Origin: Chrysomallon squamiferum
Taxonomy: Eukaryota; Animalia; Mollusca
Direction of reading: 5' to 3'
DNA length: 64,000 bases
Assembly: GCA_012295275.1 (NCBI GenBank)
Contig: CM022676.1
Span: 9,796,001-9,860,000 of the forward strand
Below are positions 59,334 to 64,000 of the stretch, one piece after another (the stretch's first letter is position 1; each line of letters starts with the position of its first letter). The notes under the pieces were generated by a model. The model saw only the letters and a list, made by a program, of their open reading frames with translations, was not told where the DNA came from and made no database searches. The position numbers and the translations under genes were made by a program.

Positions 59334-60174
59334 ATGCTGTCTAATGAAGTCATCAGCAATCACGTGGATGCAGACGAAGAGGCTTCGTCGTTTCTCGGTA
59401 AGCGCCGAAGAGGTGTGATCAAGGCGTGCATCAACGAGAGCTCCAACGTTGTCGTCAACGACGAAGACCTTTACAGCGAGGACATCGAGGACTGCATCAA
59501 CGAGAGGATTCTGCTGAAGATAGACCTGACTCCGGCGTGCAAGGGAACTCCGAAAACTGCCCAGCAGTCCAGCCAGGAATGCCTGGACGGGAAAGAGGCG
59601 AAGGAAGATTCCAAACCCGCGAAAGAGCAGAAGGCAAACGGGTCGAAGTGTCCAGACGGCAAAGATTCCAACAACAGCTCCGTGATCGGCGACAACGTCC
59701 TCACCGACAGTGAGCAGAACAAAGCTGAGGACGAGAGCGTGACGGTGGTCTTCAGCAACGGCGTCCAGAAACAGCCATTAGCCCCCAGGGCAGTCGGCGA
59801 CGGAGACAAGAAGCACAGGCTGCCTCTGTTGACTCTGGGCATGGCCAAGCACCTGCCTGTCTTCGCCAAGGCAAACCAGGTGGGGAAGATTCCGAGGCTT
59901 CACGAGCAGAAAGCAGGCGGGGGGGTGGAGAAGGAGAAGAGGGGGGCGGAGACGAGGAGCAAGTCGACGCGGAGTGGGGCGAGTCACCAGGACAGGGAGA
60001 GGTCGTTTCTTTTGTCGGGGGTCTCGTCCAAACAAGCAGAGTGGAAACACGAGAAGGAGAACGACTCGAGCATAATTTACGTGAGGGTTTTTTTTTTCAT
60101 TTGTGTTGATTGGTGGTGAGATGGGGGAGAGAGATGGGGATGAGAGAGAGGGGAGGATTGGATTGGAGAGAGAG

Positions 60175-60221
<47 letters not shown>

Positions 60222-60260
60222 GTAAGATTTAAAGATTGCATTCATGTTTAGTCACTTTCT

Positions 60261-60331
<71 letters not shown>

Positions 60332-60476
60332 GTAAGATTTAAAGATTGCATTCATGTTTAGTCATTTTCTTAGAGAAAGAATGAGAGAGAGAGAAGGGGA
60401 AGGAATGAGAGAGAGACAGACAGAGAGAGTGATTTTTGTAAGATTTAAAGATTGCATTCATGTTTAGTCAATTTCT

Positions 60477-60536
<60 letters not shown>

Positions 60537-63252
60537 AAAAAGCATCCATGATGAAACAGACTTAGAGATAGACAGATTGAGAGAAATAGAGGAAGGCAGA
60601 GAGCATGATAGCGAGAACTTTAATTTCTTGTCAAATATTTATTGTTATTTTTATAAACCTTTTTGTATGTGAATGTGCATGTTTTAAAAATGTGTATATA
60701 TATTACTATTTCGTGTGCTTAAGAGAGTTTAAACAAACCAGGGTGGTGCTCTTGTTTTTCAGGAGGAAATTGACAGACTGAAGGAAAGTCTGAAGGAAGG
60801 AGAAAAGCGCCTGCGCGCGGAGGCAGAGTTTGGGACTGAGGCTGTGCGACAGATCTCTGACATGAATGAAATGATAAACCAGCTTCAGAAAAAACTCGAA
60901 AATGGCTGCCACTGCAGAACTGAAATCAGAAAGGTGTTTGTCTGTCTGTCTGTCTGTGTCTGTCTGTGTGTGTGTCTGTCTGTGTGTGGGTGTGTGTGTG
61001 TGGGTGTATGTGTGTGTGTGTCTGTGTTTTTGTCTGTAGTTCATGTGGTTTGTTTGTGAGTCTGTGAGGGAGTGTATGCATCGAGTAGGTACATCTTTGT
61101 ACAAATGCTTGCAGGTTTGTAAGAATGCATACATATGTGTGTTACATGTGTGCATGTAGTCTGCATGTGTGTATGTAGTAGGTGCATATCAAAGGGTTTT
61201 TTGTTGTTTTTTTCAAATTATATTTCAGATGACACTTCACATTCATTAATGTTATGCTTAAAATCTCCCTTTAACCTAATTTCAAACACTTTTTTTTTAT
61301 TATTAACTTTCTGTGTTCCAACAGTACAACCACGCCAAGAAGTACATGTACGCCGATGTCCAGAACAAAAAGAACCAGATCGCCTCGCTGCAGTACCATC
61401 TGGAAGGAGCCAAACGGAGCCTGAACGAAGTGGAGATGGAGAACAAGGAGCTGAAGAGCAAAATCAACCACCTCAACGCCGATGTAAAAAGTCTGAGGTC
61501 GCTGAAGTCACTGCTGGAGACGAGGCTTGCGGCTGAAGGGTCGAGCGTAGGTGACTTTAGAATTCGTTACATTTGTTTTCTGTGGGTGACTTTAGAATTT
61601 GTTTGTCTGTGGGTGACTTTAGAATTTGTTTCTGTAGATGACTTTAGAATTCATTACATTTATTTCTGTAGGTGACTTTAGAATTCATTACATTTGTTTC
61701 TGTGGGTGATTTTAGAATTTAGTTCACCCTGAAGCAAGGGTGACTTCAGATAGTTTTGCTATGTAAGGAACTTTGGAATTTTCAGAATTTTGTTATGTAG
61801 GTGACTTTACAATTCGTTACAGTTTGTTGTGAAGGTTTTTTTTATAGAACTCAGTTCATTCTGAAGCAAGGGTGACTTTCAAATTTAGATAATTTTATTA
61901 TGTAAGCAATTTAATTAATTTGTTTACATAGGTGACTTTAGAATTCATTACATTTTGTTGTAAAGGTGATTTTAGATTTCATTTCAGTCTGAAGCAAGGG
62001 TGACTTTAGAATTTAGATAATTTGGTTGTGTAAGCACCTTTAGAACTTTGATGATTATGCTGTATGAGGAACATCATAATTTTTATAATTTTTTTATTGT
62101 GAATGAAATTAGAATGCATAACTGAAGATAAATTTAGAATTATGTTGATTTTATTGCATTAGTGATTTTAGGTTTCTGTTTATGTTATTCTATGTGTTAT
62201 TTTAGAGTTCGGTTCATTTTCTAATACAATGACTGTAGAATTCTCATTTTGTTCAGTAAGATTTGAATTTCTTTTATTATTTATCTGTTTTGTTATTTAG
62301 TTGATTTTAAAGCTGACTTAAAGATTGTGCACAATTTCCTAAATATTGATATATATAAATATAATTTGTTTTCTTTTTCAGTTCTTTGATTATAATTCAA
62401 AAGGTTCAAAGAAAAAGGTAAAATAGTTAGTGATAAATATGCTTATATATATACACAGACACACATTTACACACATATATGTACAGGTATATACATATTC
62501 ATGTGTACAGGGTTGTTTTGATGGCTGAACTGTAATGTTGTGTGCCTTGGTGAATGGGTGTCATATGTTTGAGTCTTGTCACTGGCATCTGACAGGTTTG
62601 TGAGGCTGTGATTGGACTTTGTCCTCCTGTGTCAGTGTGTTATTGAATGTTGTCTACGTGCAGTGTCTAATCAGATGTACATGAGACAGAGAATATTCAG
62701 AATCCTAAACTACATACATACATACATATAAGTACATATACAGACACACAAAAACGTATATGCACATATACATATACACTCATATGCACAGATACACACA
62801 CATATATTTACTGAGTTATATATAAATGGCCTAATTTTTCATTTTTTTTTTTTTGTGTGTAAATCTAGTAATAATAGTAATTAAAAAATGTATTTTTTGA
62901 AAAAAGGTCAGTGATGATAACACGAATGTTTTGAGCAGCAGGCTAAATTTTTTTTTTTTTCATTTAAATTTATTAATAATAATAAAAAAAAAAAAATTTG
63001 AAAAAAGGTCAGTGATGATAACATGAATGTTTTGAGGAACAGGTTAGATTTTTTTTTTTTTTTTTAAATTTAGTAATAACAATAATTTAAAAATGTGTTT
63101 TTTGAAAAAAGGTCGGTGATGATAACGCGAACGCTTTGAGGAGCAGGCTCGATTTTTCTACCACTGGCACTTTCATCGATGCTTTAAAGAGACGCCAGTC
63201 CTTGTTGCTGGAACATCTGGACCAGGAGATGTCAAGCTCAGAGTTACTCAGA
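59334..63252 (+). CDS. Uncharacterised protein with a disordered N-terminus followed by coiled coil; start uncertain, continues beyond the window
   Basis: GC-rich, codon-like exons ~59334-60080 (|gtgagg), 60763-60933, 61325-61546, 62382-62417 (36-nt microexon FFDYNSKGSKKK) and 63112-63252 (|gtgagt). All are phase 0 and join in frame. Heptad-like segments EEIDRLKESLKEGEKRL and LQYHLEGAKRSLNEVEMENKELKSKINHL. No family recognised. Confidence 0.75.
60214..60480 (+). repeat. Three-copy repeat with (GA)n spacers
   Basis: GATTTTTGTAAGATTTAAAGATTGCATTCATGTTTAGTCA(C/T/A)TTTCTTAG x3. Confidence 0.9.
61547..62045 (+). repeat. ~30-35-bp minisatellite beginning at a splice donor
   Basis: GTAGGTGACTTTAGAATTC(G/A)TTACATTT unit repeated more than 10 times with variants. 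The first unit starts at the GT of the exon 61325-61546 donor. Confidence 0.85.
62865..63160 (+). repeat. Three-copy ~100-bp repeat containing a splice acceptor and exon start
   Basis: TTTGAAAAAAG|GTC(A/G)GTGATGATAAC..GAA..TTTGAG..CAGG with AG at 62905-06, 63006-07 and 63110-11. Only the third copy continues as an open exon. Confidence 0.85.
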
Positions 63253-63657
63253 GTGAGTCTCTTTATGATGACAGACAGATTGTAATTAGATTTAAAATGT
63301 TAATGGAGATTTTAGATCACAATGTACCAATTTCAGAGAGAGTCACGATGTTAAGAAACTTAGGGATGGGCTGTAATAAGAAAAACAATGGTAAAATGGT
63401 ATTTATGTCAAAATGTGTCAAATTCAGACTTAGAGTATTCATTATGACAAAGACAGATTGACAGATAGAGTGTAATAGATTAAAAAAAATGTTGATGGGG
63501 GAGTTTAGATGAAGATACAGAATCATTTACAATAATTGTTATGATTACATAGACAGACAGATAGGTTACAATTAGATAATATGCTAGTTATGTATTTATG
63601 TATTTATTTATTTATTATTTTTATTTTTATTTATTTATTTATTTTTTATTTATTTTT

Positions 63658-63702
<45 letters not shown>

Positions 63703-64000
63703 TTTATTATTTTTGTTTATTTATTTAATTTTATTAATATATTTATTTTTATTTATTTATTTATTTTTTTATTTTTTTATTTTTCTGTATGTTATTTTTT
63801 GGTTTGTAACCATTATCTTTTTGTCTGTTTACAAAGATTAAATTTCCTCCTCTCATTCAATTATTCATTATTCATTCATATTCATTCTTACTCTCGTATT
63901 TTCTTTATTCATTTTCTTTCATTTTTATCTGACTTTCTTCTTTCTTTCTCAATACATGTAATTTAAAATTAAGACAAGAACAGAACATACAGAAAGAAAA

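Overview
AT-rich, microsatellite-dense genomic DNA from an invertebrate animal (probably a lophotrochozoan such as a mollusc; this is inferred, and the taxon cannot be fixed from the window). I assembled four intron-rich genes by hand from GT-AG boundaries and phase continuity. (1) The 3' part of an NR1J/HR96-type nuclear receptor (+, 1-15927). (2) An SLC5 sodium:solute symporter of the SMCT/SMVT/NIS group (-, 35218-22250), with a 1-nt frame break in exon 1 and an abnormal exon 4 end. (3) A complete, apparently intact 21-exon M1 aminopeptidase N-like gene (-, 54219-38942). (4) The 5' part of an unidentified coiled-coil protein gene (+, ~59334 onward). The window also holds a degenerate transposase remnant, a Harbinger-type MITE, a Tigger-like TIR fragment and several minisatellites. 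Nearly all other ORFs in the track are microsatellite artefacts. The most notable observations are a U_UUA_AAC heptamer plus stop exactly at the SLC5 frame break, an inverted intronic copy of an SLC5 exon, tandem repeats copied from exon boundaries in three genes, a shortened D-box in the receptor, and mosaic CpG domains enriched in CRE sites.
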